Assembly: GCA_030612665.1 (NCBI GenBank)
Contig: JAUWNL010000001.1
Coordinates: 1-62,577 of the forward strand
Direction of reading: 5' to 3'
DNA length: 62,577 bases
From: an archaeon
Lineage (GTDB): Archaea > Nanobdellota > Nanobdellia > Pacearchaeales > UBA284
The translations under genes were made by a program, and so were the position numbers. Below the pieces are notes generated by a model. It did no database searches and was not told the origin of the DNA. It worked only from the letters and a program-made list of their open reading frames with translations. Shown one piece after another: positions 61,874 through 62,577 of the stretch. The number at the start of each line of letters is the position of its first letter. Within the stretch, counting starts at the first letter, position 1.

Positions 61874-62284
61874 TTATTTCTTAATTAAAATATTTTTTCC
61901 TAATCTTATCTTCTTTCCTAAGTATCTTTTTAATAATTCTTCTACTTTAAATTGATTTTTACATAAATCTTGTTTAGTCATATAATCTTCTTTTTCTTTA
62001 CCATAAAACCTAACCCTAATATGTCCTGGCATTAGAACAGCAACATAAGGAAATTCATAATTTACATCTTTATATCTTTCAGATGTCTCTTTTACATAAT
62101 TATTATAGACATTTTCAGGGATTAAAAGAGTGCATCTCGCAATTGGAGACGCATTTTTAATTTTATCTTCTCTTCTATAACAATGACATTCGCAAAGAAT
62201 ACCACTTTTTACTAATCCTTTTTCAGCTTCTTTCCTCCAAGTGTCTATAGCTTCTTCTATTGTATTGAATGTTCTATTCATCAA
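61874..62284 (-). CDS. Hypothetical protein (136 aa) immediately upstream of kae1
   Basis: The ORF stop lies 2 nt before the kae1 ATG. It contains a CECHC motif and has no kinase motifs, so it is not Bud32. Confidence 0.45.
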   Translation of the reverse strand: MMNRTFNTIEEAIDTWRKEAEKGLVKSGILCECHCYRREDKIKNASPIARCTLLIPENVYNNYVKETSERYKDVNYEFPYVAVLMPGHIRVRFYGKEKEDYMTKQDLCKNQFKVEELLKRYLGKKIRLGKNILIKK

Positions 62285-62327
62285 GGAATAGTTTATTCCT
62301 TTATTATTAAATTTTTCTATAATACAA

Positions 62328-62570
62328 TCAGAAACTTAAAGGAAATAAAGAATCATACCCACTAGGGGGATATTCTAATCTTCTTATGAATTCCTGTCCA
62401 AGTTTTTTCTCTTTCTTGGATAAAAGATACAAAGGTTCATTATTCTTAAATCTCTTCAAATATCTTAAAACATCATTTAAAAAATTACAAAAAGACTTGT
62501 CATCTTTATAGTTTTCTTCCAAAACCTGATTAAAAAGATGATCTTTTACTCCTGATTCCCAAGGGTTCAT
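62328..62570 (-). CDS. Hypothetical protein (80 aa)
   Basis: An ORF near the window edge. I recognise no family. Confidence 0.35.
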   Translation of the reverse strand: MNPWESGVKDHLFNQVLEENYKDDKSFCNFLNDVLRYLKRFKNNEPLYLLSKKEKKLGQEFIRRLEYPPSGYDSLFPLSF

Positions 62571-62577
62571 AAAATCT

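Overview
This is a strongly AT-rich, gene-dense archaeal chromosome segment of about 75 genes. The domain is clear from the rpoH-rpoB-rpoA-rpl30e-nusA operon, rpoL, the L7Ae/S28e/L24e cluster, Kae1, Dph5, RNase P Rpp30 and a tRNA with a 37/38 intron. The compact genes, lysine/glutamate-rich tails on core proteins and giant Cys-rich surface proteins suggest a DPANN-type lineage, but that placement is inference. Housekeeping content includes tmk, cmk, ileS, argS, a MiaB-like methylthiotransferase, TatD and a PAC2 chaperone. It also includes three TrmB-family regulators and the GTPase/DUF2073/Zn-ribbon trio. Accessory content includes five nucleotidyltransferase/HEPN (MNT-HepT type) modules, two of which sit directly in front of giant surface-protein genes. 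There is also a type IV pilus/archaellum-like ATPase with two FlaJ/TadC-like membrane genes, next to two processive GT2 glycosyltransferases. The items most worth a second look are: (1) an unassignable two-gene operon at 4200..8337, a Cys-cluster protein plus a 1098-aa HTH/coiled-coil/phosphoesterase-like protein; (2) a bacterial-type sigma-70 homologue abutting a truncated dph2; (3) a GGDEF diguanylate-cyclase homologue; (4) a fused, unsplit rpoA with extra small ORFs inside RNAP operons; (5) a ~100-bp direct repeat bracketing one MNT-HepT cassette; (6) an in-frame TAA inside argS; (7) a GC-enriched structured intergenic element. I found no rRNA, CRISPR array, integrase, transposase or reverse transcriptase. 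CDS coordinates come from the ORF track, with some starts trimmed. Features located by eye may be off by 1-2 nt.
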